A stretch of 64,000 nucleotides of DNA from an uncultured Candidatus Saccharibacteria bacterium (GTDB lineage: Bacteria; Patescibacteriota; Minisyncoccia; Sungbacterales; JACQCQ01), in the NCBI GenBank assembly GCA_964494945.1, contig CAZBTX010000001.1, positions 67,088 through 131,087 on the forward strand. The letters run 5' to 3'. A program made the position numbers and the translations under genes. Shown in pieces: positions 22,022 through 34,633 of the stretch. Numbering within the stretch: the stretch's first letter is position 1; every line of letters begins with the position of its first letter. Under the pieces are notes generated by a model. That model saw nothing but the letters and a program-made list of their open reading frames with translations. It ran no database searches and had not been told where the DNA came from.

Positions 22022-23092
22022 TCAAGAGCTACCCTTCTTGGGTAAATTAGAATAGCCCAGTGCGATATCTTGTTCTACTATCTCTCCGGGATGGAAAATG
22101 TATTCTCCTTTTTCTCCGATATCTGTTCTGGTACCAATCGCATGTGCGACATCAGGTGTTGCTGGAGAAAAAAGTACACTGGTTTCGTCTAGGGGGAGTT
22201 CTGTAATCCGAACATTCGGTATACCAACATCAAGAACCCCTTTCTGAATCTTCCCCCACGCTTTAGTCAGACGCGGTCTTCCATAAGTGTCATTTGCTTG
22301 TTCATTGGGAGCGTTCACGATTAAAGTCGCGGAAATTTGTTCTTTTGGGATATTGGGCGGCAGTTGCTCGAGAATTCTCGCCACATTCCCTTTTATCATC
22401 TCGTCGGCATTTCCATAACGGTGGTAATAATAACCAAGAGCGCCGGAAGAAGTCATATGAACTACATATCTAAAACCTGGGCCTTCCAGAAATAGGCATA
22501 CGCACCCGGATAGTCGTTCTGTAACAACTTCTCTATTTTCAGGTACAATCGCTCCCGTACCGGTACGGACAATCATTATTCTTTTGTTCTCAATATCCAT
22601 AAGGGCATTTTTGATGTCACCGCGTTGGCCAGAGGTTTCGTAGTCGCCAACGGCAAGATGCAATTCAATGTTCCCATAACCCTCGCGCATTAGCTCTCTC
22701 GCGGATTTAATTGGCGAATGTTCAATTTCTTCAAACATTACGTAGATGCCGAGCGTGATGCATGCAGTTACGGCAAGCAACACGCCGATCGCGATCGCAA
22801 ATGCCGGCTTCTTGCTGTGAAGCCAGCCAAGAAATGCGACCACTCCGACCACCGCCGCGATCGCAGTGATCCAGCTGACGGCTAGCCAGAAGTTCGGCGA
22901 GTACCAGAGGTAGGTTCCCTGGTATGCCAGCCAGACGAGGCCTGCGGCTGGGATGATCAGTAGGATCGCACCCTTGGTCTCGATGATTCCGATTACCAGG
23001 AACACAATCAACCCGATCGCTAACAGCCCGAGACCGACGACCGGAAACTCCCAAGCTAGTACGAGAAGGAGTAACAGGAAGAAAAGGGTCAT
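22022..23092 (-). CDS. Multi-pass membrane protein with a C-terminal CNF1/CheD/YfiH-like Cys-His deamidase-type domain
   Basis: SD CAGGAGG before ATG 23092; about five hydrophobic helices, then VVTERLSGCVCLFLEGPGFRYVVHMTSS. Confidence 0.55.
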   Translation of the reverse strand: MTLFFLLLLLVLAWEFPVVGLGLLAIGLIVFLVIGIIETKGAILLIIPAAGLVWLAYQGTYLWYSPNFWLAVSWITAIAAVVGVVAFLGWLHSKKPAFAIAIGVLLAVTACITLGIYVMFEEIEHSPIKSARELMREGYGNIELHLAVGDYETSGQRGDIKNALMDIENKRIMIVRTGTGAIVPENREVVTERLSGCVCLFLEGPGFRYVVHMTSSGALGYYYHRYGNADEMIKGNVARILEQLPPNIPKEQISATLIVNAPNEQANDTYGRPRLTKAWGKIQKGVLDVGIPNVRITELPLDETSVLFSPATPDVAHAIGTRTDIGEKGEYIFHPGEIVEQDIALGYSNLPKKGSS

Positions 23093-23308
23093 CTTGCCCT
23101 CCTGGGCTTTCTGCACCGACTTTGTTCATCAGGCGCGGTGCCGCCTTGTATCGCCAGCGAACTCCGTCATGGAATTCGTCTCGCGACAACAGAAAAAGAG
23201 TCAATTTTCAGTTCCTTTTCTATTGCCGCGAGTATATAAAGGTACAAAAATAAGATAGCACATCAAGTGTTATCTGTCAAGCGCGCCCGGGTGTGAAGTC
23301 CTAGGTCC

Positions 23309-23860
23309 CTAGAATTTTACCTGTGGCAAGGCCTTATCGCCCTCATCCGCGTCAAAGAAGGTTTTCTTTTGAAAACCAAAAGTGCCTGCCATTAAATTCG
23401 TGGGGAATGAGTCAATTTTAGTGTTCAGAACCAGAACGTTGGAATTATAGAACCTGCGAGCGGCTTGGATCTTATTTTCGGCGTCTGCCAGTTCACGCTG
23501 GAGGTCTAAAAAATTGGCATTGGCCTTCAGGTCAGGGTAATTTTCGGCCACGGCAAAAAGTGTCTTTAATGTATTGGAAAGAACGCTCTCTGCCTGCCCT
23601 AGAGATTTTGGGTCTTTCGCCCCCATGGCGCGGGTTCTCGCTTCAGTCACTTTTTGAAAAACACCGGATTCGTGCGCGGCGTATCCTTTGACCGTTTCCA
23701 CCACGTTCGGTATCAGGTCATGCCGACGTTTTAATTGCACCTCAATATCCGACCATGCTTCATCGGCACGATTCCGCGCCAACACTAAACTGTTATAGGC
23801 CCAGATGAGCCATAAAATAATAAAAGCCGCAATCCCGAGAATAATATAGATAATGTTCAT
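23309..23860 (-). CDS. lemA: LemA family protein
   Basis: YNSLV...WSDIEVQLKRRHDLIPN, AVAENYPDLKAN, ARRFYN, FPTNL. Confidence 0.97.
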   Translation of the reverse strand: MNIIYIILGIAAFIILWLIWAYNSLVLARNRADEAWSDIEVQLKRRHDLIPNVVETVKGYAAHESGVFQKVTEARTRAMGAKDPKSLGQAESVLSNTLKTLFAVAENYPDLKANANFLDLQRELADAENKIQAARRFYNSNVLVLNTKIDSFPTNLMAGTFGFQKKTFFDADEGDKALPQVKF

Positions 23861-24006
23861 ACCAATTCCAGTATATCAAACCGGCATTAAAATTCCTAAT
23901 TTCTAATGCTCAATTCCTAATCAAATCCAAATACCCAATGACCAATTTAAGAATTTGGACATTAGTCATTGATTAGAAATTATGAATTAGACATTAGAAA
24001 TTCCGC

Positions 24007-25761
<1,755 letters not shown>

Positions 25762-25771
25762 TTACTTGTCG

Positions 25772-26080
25772 CTACTCCACTATCGCGACTATGTCGTCTT
25801 CTTTGGCAATTAAGTATTCTTTGCCGTCAATTTTCACTTCTTGCGGGCCATACTTGGTAAAAAGCACGATATCGCCCTTTTTAACGCCGACAGGAATGTG
25901 TTTTCCGCTCTCGTCAATCTTGCCTGAGCCAACGGCAATAACTTTGCCTTTTTCCGGTCGTTCTTTAGAGGCGGTTTCGGGCAGATAAAGTCCGGATTGG
26001 GTCTTGCCGCCCTTATGTTCGCCGAGGGGCTCAATTAATACTCTGTCTCCTAGTGGTCTCACGTTCATAAAAGCTAACAT
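25772..26080 (-). CDS. groS: Co-chaperonin GroES (start 26068 or 26080)
   Basis: VRPLGDRVLIEP...SGLYLP...GKVIAVG. Confidence 0.98.
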   Translation of the reverse strand: MLAFMNVRPLGDRVLIEPLGEHKGGKTQSGLYLPETASKERPEKGKVIAVGSGKIDESGKHIPVGVKKGDIVLFTKYGPQEVKIDGKEYLIAKEDDIVAIVE

Positions 26081-26107
26081 TTAGCAATTAAATATTCCGA
26101 GTGCTAA
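26081..26107 (-). promoter_or_regulatory. CIRCE element (HrcA operator) downstream of a sigma70 promoter
   Basis: Minus strand TTAGCACTC-GGAATATTT-AATTGCTAA versus consensus TTAGCACTC-N9-GAGTGCTAA; preceded by TTGACT-17-TAAAAT. Confidence 0.9.
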
Positions 26108-26151
26108 TTTTAATCAATCTTTATTTCTTAGTCAAGATGGCAAAATAATTG

Positions 26152-26183
26152 TGGACACGGCCCCGCTCTCGGGGCCGTGTCCA
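26152..26183 (-). terminator. GC hairpin terminator after uvrA and the ORFan
   Basis: TGGACACGGCCCCG-ctct-CGGGGCCGTGTCCA. Confidence 0.7.
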
Positions 26184-26195
26184 GTCCAGCTCGCG

Positions 26196-26513
26196 TTAGA
26201 CGCCGACTTCGGCGCGTTTTCTCCGACCCTGGGCGCATATTCCGCAAACTCCAGCCGCGAGTCCGCTACGGAAATCCCGCGTGAACCTCTTAAGACGCTC
26301 CACGACTTTAGGATCCGCTGCCCCCTTCATTCGCGAGTTGTAGCTGTCGCGAAACCAGAAGTTCATGGCGATGACCGCATCGCCGCAACAGAGCACACTG
26401 TTTTCGTCCAGTCCCCGCTGGCGCAGAAAGACGCGGAACTCATCTTCCAGGATCTGCCACAGTTCCGGGAATTCCTTCAGCATTTTTTCCCGAACGTCGC
26501 CGAAAGTCGGCAC
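26196..26513 (-). CDS. Hypothetical protein with a C-terminal CxxC
   Basis: 105-aa ORF directly after the uvrA stop, GGGGTG SD-like sequence and its own terminator. Confidence 0.6.
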   Translation of the reverse strand: MPTFGDVREKMLKEFPELWQILEDEFRVFLRQRGLDENSVLCCGDAVIAMNFWFRDSYNSRMKGAADPKVVERLKRFTRDFRSGLAAGVCGICAQGRRKRAEVGV

Positions 26514-26524
26514 GCCGCACCCCC

Positions 26525-29416
26525 TTATGAAGCGGTCTTTTTAAGCCACTGGCCGGTGTATGATTTTGTGGAAAGTACTATATCACGAACCGTACCTTCC
26601 GCAACTATCTTGCCGCCACCCGCTCCTCCTTCCGGCCCCAGATCAATTATCCAATCGCTATTTTTTATCACGTCCAAGTTATGCTCTATCACAAGCACCG
26701 TATTGCCTTTTTCTACCAAGGCATGGAGAACCGAAAGCAATTTGCGGATGTCTTCAAAATGAAGGCCCGTTGTCGGCTCATCTAAAATGTAAAATGTTTT
26801 GCCCGTGTCGCGGCGCGATAGTTCGGCGGCTAATTTTATGCGTTGGGCCTCGCCGCCGGAAAGTGTGGTGGCCGCTTGCCCCAGCTTTACGTATGAAAGG
26901 CCGACGTCGGAAAGTGTTCTTAATTTTTGTTTAATGCCGGGAATGGCTTCAAAGAATTTGAAGGCCTCCTCTACCGTTAAATCTAAAACATCCGCGATGG
27001 TCTTATTGTTGTAATGGATCTCCAGCGCTTCGCGGGAATATCGCCTGCCGCGGCATTCTTCGCACTCCACGTAAACATCCGGCAGAAAATACATTTCTAT
27101 TTTTTTAACGCCCTGCCCTTCGCACATCTCGCACCGGCCGCCCTTGACGTTGAATGAGAACCGGCCCGAGGCATACCCCCTGGCTCTGGCCTCCGGGGTT
27201 TTGGCAAATATATCGCGTATCAATCCAAACATGCCCGTATAAGTGGCCGGATTTGACCTCGGAGTTCTGCCTATGGGCGACTGGTCCACCACCACGACCT
27301 TATCCAAGTGTTCCAGGCCGGCAACTATGTCATGCGCTCCGGGAATCACGTGTGTTTTGTAAAGCTTGGCTAAAAGAGCCTTGGCTAAAATGTCGTTGAT
27401 AAGAGTGGACTTACCGGAACCGGATACTCCCGAGACCGCGACGAATTTGCCGAGCGGGATCTTGACATCAATATTTTTTAAGTTGTGCTCGCGAGCGCCC
27501 ACGATTTCCAGGTATTGGCCGCTCCCTTTTCGTTCCGGGTGTTTGATGTGAACTTCTTTACGCCCCGCCAGATAATCGGCCGTCAATGTTTTGGATTTTG
27601 TCAGTGATTTAAAATTCCCGGTGAAAATCACCTCACCCCCATGTTTGCCCGCCCCCGGCCCCATATCAATAATACAGTCGGCCTCACGCATGGTTTCCGC
27701 GTCGTGCTCCACCACGATGACGGTATTCCCCAAGTCGCGAAGTTCTTTTAGGGTTTGGATAAGCATGTGATGGTCTCTCGCGTGAAGTCCTATGGATGGC
27801 TCATCCAGAACATAAATAACCCCCGTGAGACGCGAGCCTATTTGTGTTGCCAAGCGTATGCGCTGGGCCTCGCCGCCGGCCAAAGTCGTGGATTCGCGGC
27901 TGATGGTCAAATAATGCAGTCCCACGTTCATTAAAAATTGGAGTCGCTTGGTTATTTCTCGCGTCAATGGAACGGCAATCTTGTTATCGTTCACGGTCAA
28001 ACTTCCGGCCAAATCGCTAAAAAATTCCAGCGCTTCTTCCACCGTAAACTCCGAGATCTCTGCGATATTCCGCTCGGCTACCGTGATTCCTAGGGCTTCC
28101 GGTTTTAAACGGCGCCCATCGCAGGCCGGGCATCTGGCGATAAGCATGTACTTTTCAATTTCGGCCCGCGTCCATTCCGAATCAGTTTCTTTCCAGCGGC
28201 GTTTTAAGTTCGGCGCCACGCCTTCAAATCTTGATTTGTCGTCATCCGCGTATTTCCTTTCGCCGTTTAATATCAATTCAACTATATTCTTGGATAAATC
28301 TTTTACGGGCGTGTTAAGTGAAAATTTATGCCGAGACGCCAGATCCTCCAGCATCCACCAATACCATGACTGCCTTCCTACGCGGTGCGAAGCGTGCGAC
28401 CAGGGCGCTATAGCGCCTTCGGCAAGCGTCAGGCGCGGATTGGGGAATACCAACTTGGGGTCAACTTCTAAAGTTGAACCAAGCCCCGTACATGACGCGC
28501 AAGCGCCGTAAGGACTGTTAAACGAAAAAGTACGCGGCTCTATTTCCGGCAAGTTGATGCCGCAATCGGGACAAGCGAAGTACTCGCTGAAAAATTTATC
28601 TTCGTGTTCGCCTTTTTTGGGCGCGTTTTTAGACATAACAAGCAGACCCTTCCCAATTTTCAAAGCCGTTTCCACGGAATCCACAATCCTGGAGCGTTCC
28701 AGCCCGCGGCCGATCTCTATGCGATCCACCACGGCTTCAATGGAATGCTTTTTTTGCTTATCAATGGGAAGCTCCATAGCTTCTTCTAGACGATGCACCA
28801 CGCCGTCAATACGCGCTCTTACAAATCCAGCGCGCGTTATTTCTTCCAATATTCCTTTGTGCTCGCCTTTTTTGCCGCGAATTACGGGAGCCAGTATCTG
28901 AATTTCCGTGCCGCGTTTTTCTTTTAAAATATGGTCAACTATTTGCGAGACGGTTTGCTTGCCTATCGGCTTTCCGCAATTAGGGCAATGGGCTTTGCCG
29001 ATGCGCGCGAATATTATTCTTAGATGATCATAAATCTCGGTGATGGTGCCGACCGTGGAGCGCGGATTTCGCGGCACGCTTTTTTGGTCAATGGCGATGG
29101 AGGGCGAAAGCCCTTCCATGGACTCCACGTCGGGTTTGTCGGATACGCCGAGGAACTGGCGCGCGTAAGCCGATAACGACTCCACATATCTTCTTTCGGC
29201 CTCGGCGTAAATAGTATCAAAGGCCAGCGAGGACTTCCCCGAGCCGGAAAGTCCAGTGATGACTACTAATTTATTTTTAGGAATGTCAACGTCAATATTC
29301 TTTAAATTATGAACTCTAGCCCCGCGAATACGAATAAAATCGTGCGAATCTTTTTTATTTAGTTTGTAGCGGAGGCGCGCGGACATACGAGTTTTAAATT
29401 GTACCCCCAGTGTCAA
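26525..29416 (-). CDS. uvrA: Excinuclease ABC subunit A
   Basis: Two ABC domains ([20 protein letters not shown]), LAGGEAQRI and LSGGEAQRI, zinc fingers. Confidence 0.99.
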   Translation of the reverse strand: MTLGVQFKTRMSARLRYKLNKKDSHDFIRIRGARVHNLKNIDVDIPKNKLVVITGLSGSGKSSLAFDTIYAEAERRYVESLSAYARQFLGVSDKPDVESMEGLSPSIAIDQKSVPRNPRSTVGTITEIYDHLRIIFARIGKAHCPNCGKPIGKQTVSQIVDHILKEKRGTEIQILAPVIRGKKGEHKGILEEITRAGFVRARIDGVVHRLEEAMELPIDKQKKHSIEAVVDRIEIGRGLERSRIVDSVETALKIGKGLLVMSKNAPKKGEHEDKFFSEYFACPDCGINLPEIEPRTFSFNSPYGACASCTGLGSTLEVDPKLVFPNPRLTLAEGAIAPWSHASHRVGRQSWYWWMLEDLASRHKFSLNTPVKDLSKNIVELILNGERKYADDDKSRFEGVAPNLKRRWKETDSEWTRAEIEKYMLIARCPACDGRRLKPEALGITVAERNIAEISEFTVEEALEFFSDLAGSLTVNDNKIAVPLTREITKRLQFLMNVGLHYLTISRESTTLAGGEAQRIRLATQIGSRLTGVIYVLDEPSIGLHARDHHMLIQTLKELRDLGNTVIVVEHDAETMREADCIIDMGPGAGKHGGEVIFTGNFKSLTKSKTLTADYLAGRKEVHIKHPERKGSGQYLEIVGAREHNLKNIDVKIPLGKFVAVSGVSGSGKSTLINDILAKALLAKLYKTHVIPGAHDIVAGLEHLDKVVVVDQSPIGRTPRSNPATYTGMFGLIRDIFAKTPEARARGYASGRFSFNVKGGRCEMCEGQGVKKIEMYFLPDVYVECEECRGRRYSREALEIHYNNKTIADVLDLTVEEAFKFFEAIPGIKQKLRTLSDVGLSYVKLGQAATTLSGGEAQRIKLAAELSRRDTGKTFYILDEPTTGLHFEDIRKLLSVLHALVEKGNTVLVIEHNLDVIKNSDWIIDLGPEGGAGGGKIVAEGTVRDIVLSTKSYTGQWLKKTAS

Positions 29417-29485
29417 TAAAAATCAAGGTATTGGGGGTCTTTTGTCTGGCGTGTTTAAGACCATATACTAGGCACATATCAAAGT

Positions 29486-30847
29486 ATGCTGAAAAAGCCA
29501 AAAAATACCCCCACTTATCCCGGCGTTTATATTTTCTGGAAAGGACATGCGCCGCTTTACGTCGGCAAAGCCACTAATCTAAAAAAGCGGGTTTCTTCGT
29601 ATTTCAAAAAAAATGCCGGTTGGAAGGTAGCCCAACTTATAGAAGAAGCTACGCAACTTGAATTCATTAAAGCCGAATCAGAAATTGAAGCGCTGGTGAA
29701 AGAAGCCGAACTCATAAAAAAATATTATCCCAAGTTCAACATTTTAATGCGGGATGATAAAAATTATCTTTACGTTTCGCTCACAAGCCCCCAGAACAAA
29801 CGTTCTAATGTTCTTAAGAACCTAAGAACGTTTGTGACGAGCGGAGAAGCGGGATTCCCCAGGTTTTATTTCACTCATCAGCCGGAGCGCGACATTATAA
29901 GCGTGGGGCCGTTCGTGGAGTCGGGAAGCGTCTATCAGGCCATGAGATTGCTCCGGTCCATATTCCCTTATTGCACTTGCAAGTCTCCGCATAATGGGCG
30001 ATGCGTCAACGCTCAAATTGGTAGGTGCCCCGGTTACTGCTGTATCAAAGGAGAAACGCCGACATCGGAACAAAAAGCTGAATATCTGCATAATGTCCGT
30101 TCAATTCTTTCCATTTTTTCCGGCAAACGAAATTCTTTGTTGAAAGAATTCAAACGCGAGATGAAACGCGCCTCCCAAAATCAAGAATATGAGAAGGCCG
30201 CGAAACTCCGTGACCGTATCTACGGCCTGGAATTAATTTGGAAACACCGCGGGGTGGCTTTGCAAAAACGAGCGGAAGTGCCTTACCGAAAAATAGAACG
30301 CGTATTGCAAACGATTTTAAAGACCAGAGAACCCATCCGCCGCATTGAGGGCTATGATATCTCAAATATTTCCGGCACGGATGCTACGGGTTCCATGGTC
30401 GTATTTTACGAGGGACGTCCGGATAAATCCCAATACCGCAAATTCAAAATAAAGACGATCGCAGGCGCCAACGACGTCGGCTCGCATCGTGAAATACTCT
30501 CGCGCCGCCTTGCGCACGAAGAATGGGAATATCCAGACCTAATACTAATTGACGGCGGCAAGCCACAATTAAATGCTGTTCTCCCGATTTTAAATAGAAG
30601 GTCGTTCCAAAAAATAAAAGTAGCGGCGCTTGCCAAACCGCCGCGCCGCTATTTCTCCCGCGCTCCATCCGGTCTAGGATATAATGAAGATATTCTTTGG
30701 GTTGCCGGCCGCGAGAACCCAATTAAATTAAAGTCGCTGCCTTCCGAAGTCATGTATCTCTTACAAAGAATACGGGATGAATCCCACCGATTTGCCAAAT
30801 CGTATCACGGGGTTTTGCGTAAAAAAACATTTTCAAGATCGCGTTAA
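29486..30847 (+). CDS. uvrC: Excinuclease ABC subunit C (compact, no C-terminal HhH)
   Basis: GIY-YIG PGVYIF..LYVGKATNL, UVR motif YEKAAKLRD, RIEGYDIS, LILIDGGKPQL, RIRDESHRFA. Confidence 0.93.
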   Translation: MLKKPKNTPTYPGVYIFWKGHAPLYVGKATNLKKRVSSYFKKNAGWKVAQLIEEATQLEFIKAESEIEALVKEAELIKKYYPKFNILMRDDKNYLYVSLTSPQNKRSNVLKNLRTFVTSGEAGFPRFYFTHQPERDIISVGPFVESGSVYQAMRLLRSIFPYCTCKSPHNGRCVNAQIGRCPGYCCIKGETPTSEQKAEYLHNVRSILSIFSGKRNSLLKEFKREMKRASQNQEYEKAAKLRDRIYGLELIWKHRGVALQKRAEVPYRKIERVLQTILKTREPIRRIEGYDISNISGTDATGSMVVFYEGRPDKSQYRKFKIKTIAGANDVGSHREILSRRLAHEEWEYPDLILIDGGKPQLNAVLPILNRRSFQKIKVAALAKPPRRYFSRAPSGLGYNEDILWVAGRENPIKLKSLPSEVMYLLQRIRDESHRFAKSYHGVLRKKTFSRSR

Positions 30848-30902
30848 CGCCAAATTATATCATACCGTAAAGTATGATATAATTGGGTATAAAGTTTGAG
30901 CT

Positions 30903-31016
30903 ATGAAACGCACCGTAAAATCCGAACGGCGGGAAAAGAAGAAAAAACGTCATTTAAAACGTCAATCCGGCAGGGGCGTTTTCTTGCTGGCTAAAATTAT
31001 ACGCGCTAAGAAATAA
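30903..31016 (+). CDS. Small very basic protein (37 aa)
   Basis: Manual translation MKRTVKSERREKKKKRHLKRQSGRGVFLLAKIIRAKK; TGATATAAT extended -10 about 20 nt upstream. Confidence 0.45.
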   Translation: MKRTVKSERREKKKKRHLKRQSGRGVFLLAKIIRAKK

Positions 31017-31020
31017 TTGA

Positions 31021-31140
31021 TCTCGTTAGAGATAGGAAATGACAGTCATTTCCGTCCGGCACTTCTTTAGTTTGAGGATATAACTTTGATTAAGGATGGT
31101 ATGATACAGTTTCAGCATGGCGCCAGCATCTCTAACGGGG
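31021..31140. mobile_element. CCCGTTAGA-family MITE/REP-like element
   Basis: CTCGTTAGAGAT...ATCTCTAACGGG; same internal AGGAAATG...CATTTCCG hairpin as the 8402 copy. Confidence 0.6.
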
Positions 31141-31191
31141 TTGACTGGTACCCATCTTTCGGTTATTCTTATAGAGCCAGAACCTACCCCC

Positions 31192-31527
31192 ATGGGGCTA
31201 ATCTCTAAATTGATAGCAAGGGTTGCGCTGAATGCCGCCGTCATATACGGTATTGCGTATTACTTGCCCGGATTCCAAATTTCAGGCGGCACTAAAGGGC
31301 TGATACTCGCCGCTTTAGTGGTGGCACTGGCGCATTTTATCTTGCGCCCCATTTTAAAACTCATTTCCTTCCCGCTTCTAATCTTCACTTTCGGGTTTTT
31401 CAACATAGTCATTAATTTTTTCCTGTTATGGGCGGCCGATGCTTACTCAACCGCGCTAACCATTGCCGACTTGAAAACTCTATTTATTTCATCTATCATC
31501 ATTGGGTTCATAAACTCAATTTTCTAA
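31192..31527 (+). CDS. YvlD-like 4-TM membrane protein (phage holin family 4)
   Basis: ILRPILKLISFPLLIFTFGFFNIVIN signature; start placed at MGLISK because the upstream extension runs through the repeat element. Confidence 0.85.
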   Translation: MGLISKLIARVALNAAVIYGIAYYLPGFQISGGTKGLILAALVVALAHFILRPILKLISFPLLIFTFGFFNIVINFFLLWAADAYSTALTIADLKTLFISSIIIGFINSIF

Positions 31528-31533
31528 GTATCC

Positions 31534-31761
31534 ATGCAATTGATAAGATCATTTTTGCCCATATTTCAGATTGTTGTGTCAATCCTTCTTACGGTTTTTA
31601 TTCTTCTGCAGCAGCGCGGCACGGGTCTTTCCGCCACCTTCGGCGGCGACGGAAACGTTTATCGCACCAAGCGCGGTTTGGAAAAGATCATCTTTTACGT
31701 AACCATGGTTTTGGTAGTACTTCTTTTAGCTTCAGCCATGGCCACTACTATTCTTCAATAA
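31534..31761 (+). CDS. secG: Preprotein translocase subunit SecG
   Basis: ILLQQRGTGLSATFGG...TKRGLEK with two TMs. Confidence 0.93.
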   Translation: MQLIRSFLPIFQIVVSILLTVFILLQQRGTGLSATFGGDGNVYRTKRGLEKIIFYVTMVLVVLLLASAMATTILQ

Positions 31762-31774
31762 ATCTAAAAATATA

Positions 31775-33538
31775 ATGGCGATAGAAGATACAAAACCGAC
31801 ACCCACGCCATCTGCCGAAACCCTGAAAAATCCATTTAAGACGCTCTCACTCCACGATTGGGTCTACATCCCCCATATCCTTTCACGCAAAGAAAGAGCG
31901 ATGTTGGTGTTTTTTACCGCGTTAGCGCTAATTACGGGTGTTGGTGGAGTTACGGTCGGGTTTTACCGAATCACGCACGACTCTCCCAAACTCGGCGGCA
32001 CCTATCGCGAAGGCGTCATCAAAGCGCCAGAACGCGTGAATCCTCTATTCCTTTCTAATAATGATACTGACCGTGATGTCGTATCATTAGTTTTTTCTAA
32101 TCTTCTTTATTACGACTCCGAGGGGAATCTAAAACCAGATCTTGCCGAGAATTATTCAATTTCTCCAGACGGTAAGTCCTATACCGTTAACATAAAAAAT
32201 AACGCCATCTGGCACGATGGGGTTCCCTTAACCGCAGATGACGTGATATTTACCGTAAAAGCCATACAGGACCCGAGTTATAAAAGTTCACTCCGCCCCA
32301 ACTGGCAGGGTGTGACCATTGAGCGGCTAGGCGACTACGAGGTGCGTTTTGTTTTAAAGCAGCCCTATTCTCCGTTTCTGCAAAACCTGGTTCTCCCTAT
32401 AATCCCGCGACATATTTGGGAAAGGGTCCCGCCTGAAGGAGCGTCTTTATCAGAAATAAATTTAAAACCCATTGGTACCGGGCCTTACCGTTTTAAGGAA
32501 CTGGAGCGAAATTCAAAAGAAGAAATGACCAAATATATTTTGGAGGCTAACACAAATTACTATCGCGAAGGCCCTTATCTTGAGAATATTGAATTTACTT
32601 TCTATGAATCTGAAGAAGAGTTACTGCAGGCCTTCCGAGGCGGGTTGATTGATGGGATTTCTATCGTCTCACCCAAAAATGTTGAGGTCTTAAAGGGCTT
32701 GGGGGCTTCCGTTTCCACCATAAGGATGCCCAGGGTATTCGCTATTTTTATAAATGAGGCCAATCCTATATTAAAAGACAAACAGATAAGAACGGCTTTG
32801 GCTCTCGCCATACCCAAGGAAGAACTGATAACTAAGGTTTTAGGCGGTGGTGCCATACCCGTTGATTCACCCATTCCTCCGGGAACTTTTGGGCATGACC
32901 CTGAAATACCTAGAACCGGCTTTGAACCGGAAAGGGCTAAATCCATTTTGGACAAGGCCGGTTGGAAAGAAATTGGCGCTAACGGCATCCGCCAGAAAAA
33001 AGCAGCCAAAAAAGGTGCTTCGCCCGTGCCTCTAAAGATAATTCTAACTACTTCCGATTGGAAAGATCTTTCAAAATCGGCTGAAGTTATAAGGGATTAC
33101 TGGAAAGCCGTGGGTATTGATACCGAAATTAAAATTATGCCTATTTCGGAACTGGAGACAGACGTTATCCGCCCGCGCAAATACGATGCCTTGCTTTTTG
33201 GTGAAATTTTGGGCAGAGACCCGGATCCTTTCGCCTTCTGGCATTCTTCACAATTAAAAGACCCAGGTCTTAATATAGCTCTCTACCATTCGCCTAAAGT
33301 TGACGCGCTTCTGGAGCAAGCTCGCAAGTCAACTGATCGCAATGACATAGAGGCCAAATATCGCGAATTCCAGCGTATTGTGGTCGCCGATTCCCCCACC
33401 ATATTCTTATACTCACCGACTTACTTTTACGCCCACAGGTCCAATGTGAAGAATGTTGAAGTGAAAGCAGTGGTTCTGCCGTCGGAACGGTTCAGCGCGG
33501 CTAATACTTGGTACATTAAAACCAAACGTTCTTTCTAA
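31775..33538 (+). CDS. ABC transporter substrate-binding protein, family 5 (OppA/DppA-like)
   Basis: PDLAENY, WHDGVPLTADDVIFT, PIGTGPYRF. Confidence 0.92.
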   Translation: MAIEDTKPTPTPSAETLKNPFKTLSLHDWVYIPHILSRKERAMLVFFTALALITGVGGVTVGFYRITHDSPKLGGTYREGVIKAPERVNPLFLSNNDTDRDVVSLVFSNLLYYDSEGNLKPDLAENYSISPDGKSYTVNIKNNAIWHDGVPLTADDVIFTVKAIQDPSYKSSLRPNWQGVTIERLGDYEVRFVLKQPYSPFLQNLVLPIIPRHIWERVPPEGASLSEINLKPIGTGPYRFKELERNSKEEMTKYILEANTNYYREGPYLENIEFTFYESEEELLQAFRGGLIDGISIVSPKNVEVLKGLGASVSTIRMPRVFAIFINEANPILKDKQIRTALALAIPKEELITKVLGGGAIPVDSPIPPGTFGHDPEIPRTGFEPERAKSILDKAGWKEIGANGIRQKKAAKKGASPVPLKIILTTSDWKDLSKSAEVIRDYWKAVGIDTEIKIMPISELETDVIRPRKYDALLFGEILGRDPDPFAFWHSSQLKDPGLNIALYHSPKVDALLEQARKSTDRNDIEAKYREFQRIVVADSPTIFLYSPTYFYAHRSNVKNVEVKAVVLPSERFSAANTWYIKTKRSF

Positions 33539-33539
33539 C

Positions 33540-34364
33540 ATGCCAACGGACCTTTCTAAGGTAAGCGGCCTTGCGATATCTTTGGATGACGACCTGATGC
33601 TCAAGTTTCCGCACGACTTGATGGTAAAAAGCGTTTCGGAAAGAACGTTGGACGGCATACGACCGTACCTTATTTTCAAAGATGCCGAAGCTGACATACC
33701 TGTCATTTACCGCGTCTGGCGCAACCTGATGCCGATGCAAGATGAGGCCGAGCTCTCTGGCGTTGGCATCAGATATGACATCACTATTATCCCTCCCGGT
33801 ACTTTTAAATTCAGGAACGGCCAGCGTGAGTTCTTCCATACCGCCGGCCATTACCATGACACGGCAGAAAATGCCCTGGGCTATCCGGAAATTTATGAGG
33901 TGCTGTCGGGTCGTGTTCGCTCACTGATCCAAAAACCATTGGAAACACCCGACCGCATTTCCGAGACCTATTTGATAGAGGCCGGCCCCGGAGAAAAAAT
34001 ACTTATCCCTCCCGGGTTCGGTCATGTCTCCATTAACGCTGAAGATAAAGCGCTGGTACTGGCCAACGTGATTGCTACTAATCCCAAGTACATTTACGGC
34101 GCCTTTGAAGAACTTGGCGGCGGATGCTATCGTTTACTTGCCTCCGATGACAAGAGTATGATAGAAATTGAGCCGAACTCTAAATACCGCGATATTCCCG
34201 AATTGAAGAAACTGACACCTAAAAAAGATTGGTTCAAGGGATACTTCGAACCCCTTTGGAACGCTTATATAAACCATAGAGACCAAATCGCATTCATAAT
34301 AAAACCGGAGTCCTATCGCAAAGAATTCTTCGCAATCGGCAATCTCTACAAAGAAATAAAGTAA
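33540..34364 (+). CDS. Cupin-type (archaeal-like) glucose-6-phosphate isomerase
   Basis: RYDITIIPPG, EFFHTAGHYH, YPEIYEVLSG, IPPGFGHVSIN. Confidence 0.88.
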   Translation: MPTDLSKVSGLAISLDDDLMLKFPHDLMVKSVSERTLDGIRPYLIFKDAEADIPVIYRVWRNLMPMQDEAELSGVGIRYDITIIPPGTFKFRNGQREFFHTAGHYHDTAENALGYPEIYEVLSGRVRSLIQKPLETPDRISETYLIEAGPGEKILIPPGFGHVSINAEDKALVLANVIATNPKYIYGAFEELGGGCYRLLASDDKSMIEIEPNSKYRDIPELKKLTPKKDWFKGYFEPLWNAYINHRDQIAFIIKPESYRKEFFAIGNLYKEIK

Positions 34365-34383
34365 ACAATAATCTACTTAACCA

Positions 34384-34467
34384 GGGCGAGTGGTGAAACT
34401 GGTATACACGCTAGCTTCAGGAGCTAGTGGGGGCAACCCCGTGGAGGTTCGAGTCCTCTCTCGCCCA
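34384..34467 (+). tRNA. tRNA-Leu(CAG)
   Basis: GGGCGAG/CTCGCCC acceptor, CTAGC-TTCAGGA-GCTAG anticodon arm, long variable arm, GGTTCGAGTCC. Confidence 0.95.
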
Positions 34468-34633
34468 CTGTAGTAAACCCCCCACACCAAATCTAGACGA
34501 CACCAAATGGTGAAATAAACAACTTAAGATTATGGTGTGGTGGTAAACTCACAAATCATTATTCATTAATTATTTACAGAATAGTGCAAAGCTCATCTGG
34601 CTATGTGCATCTGTCTAAAAAGAAAAAGTAAAA

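Noticed and set aside
22731-23204. Alternative-frame 157-aa ORF (and similarly 37801-38424)
   Set aside because: Off-frame product of GC-rich codons; the TM-encoding frame has the SD and a coherent protein.
31192-31527. Holin as evidence of a lysis cassette
   Set aside because: YvlD-like family members are common chromosomal genes; here it is next to secG with no endolysin.
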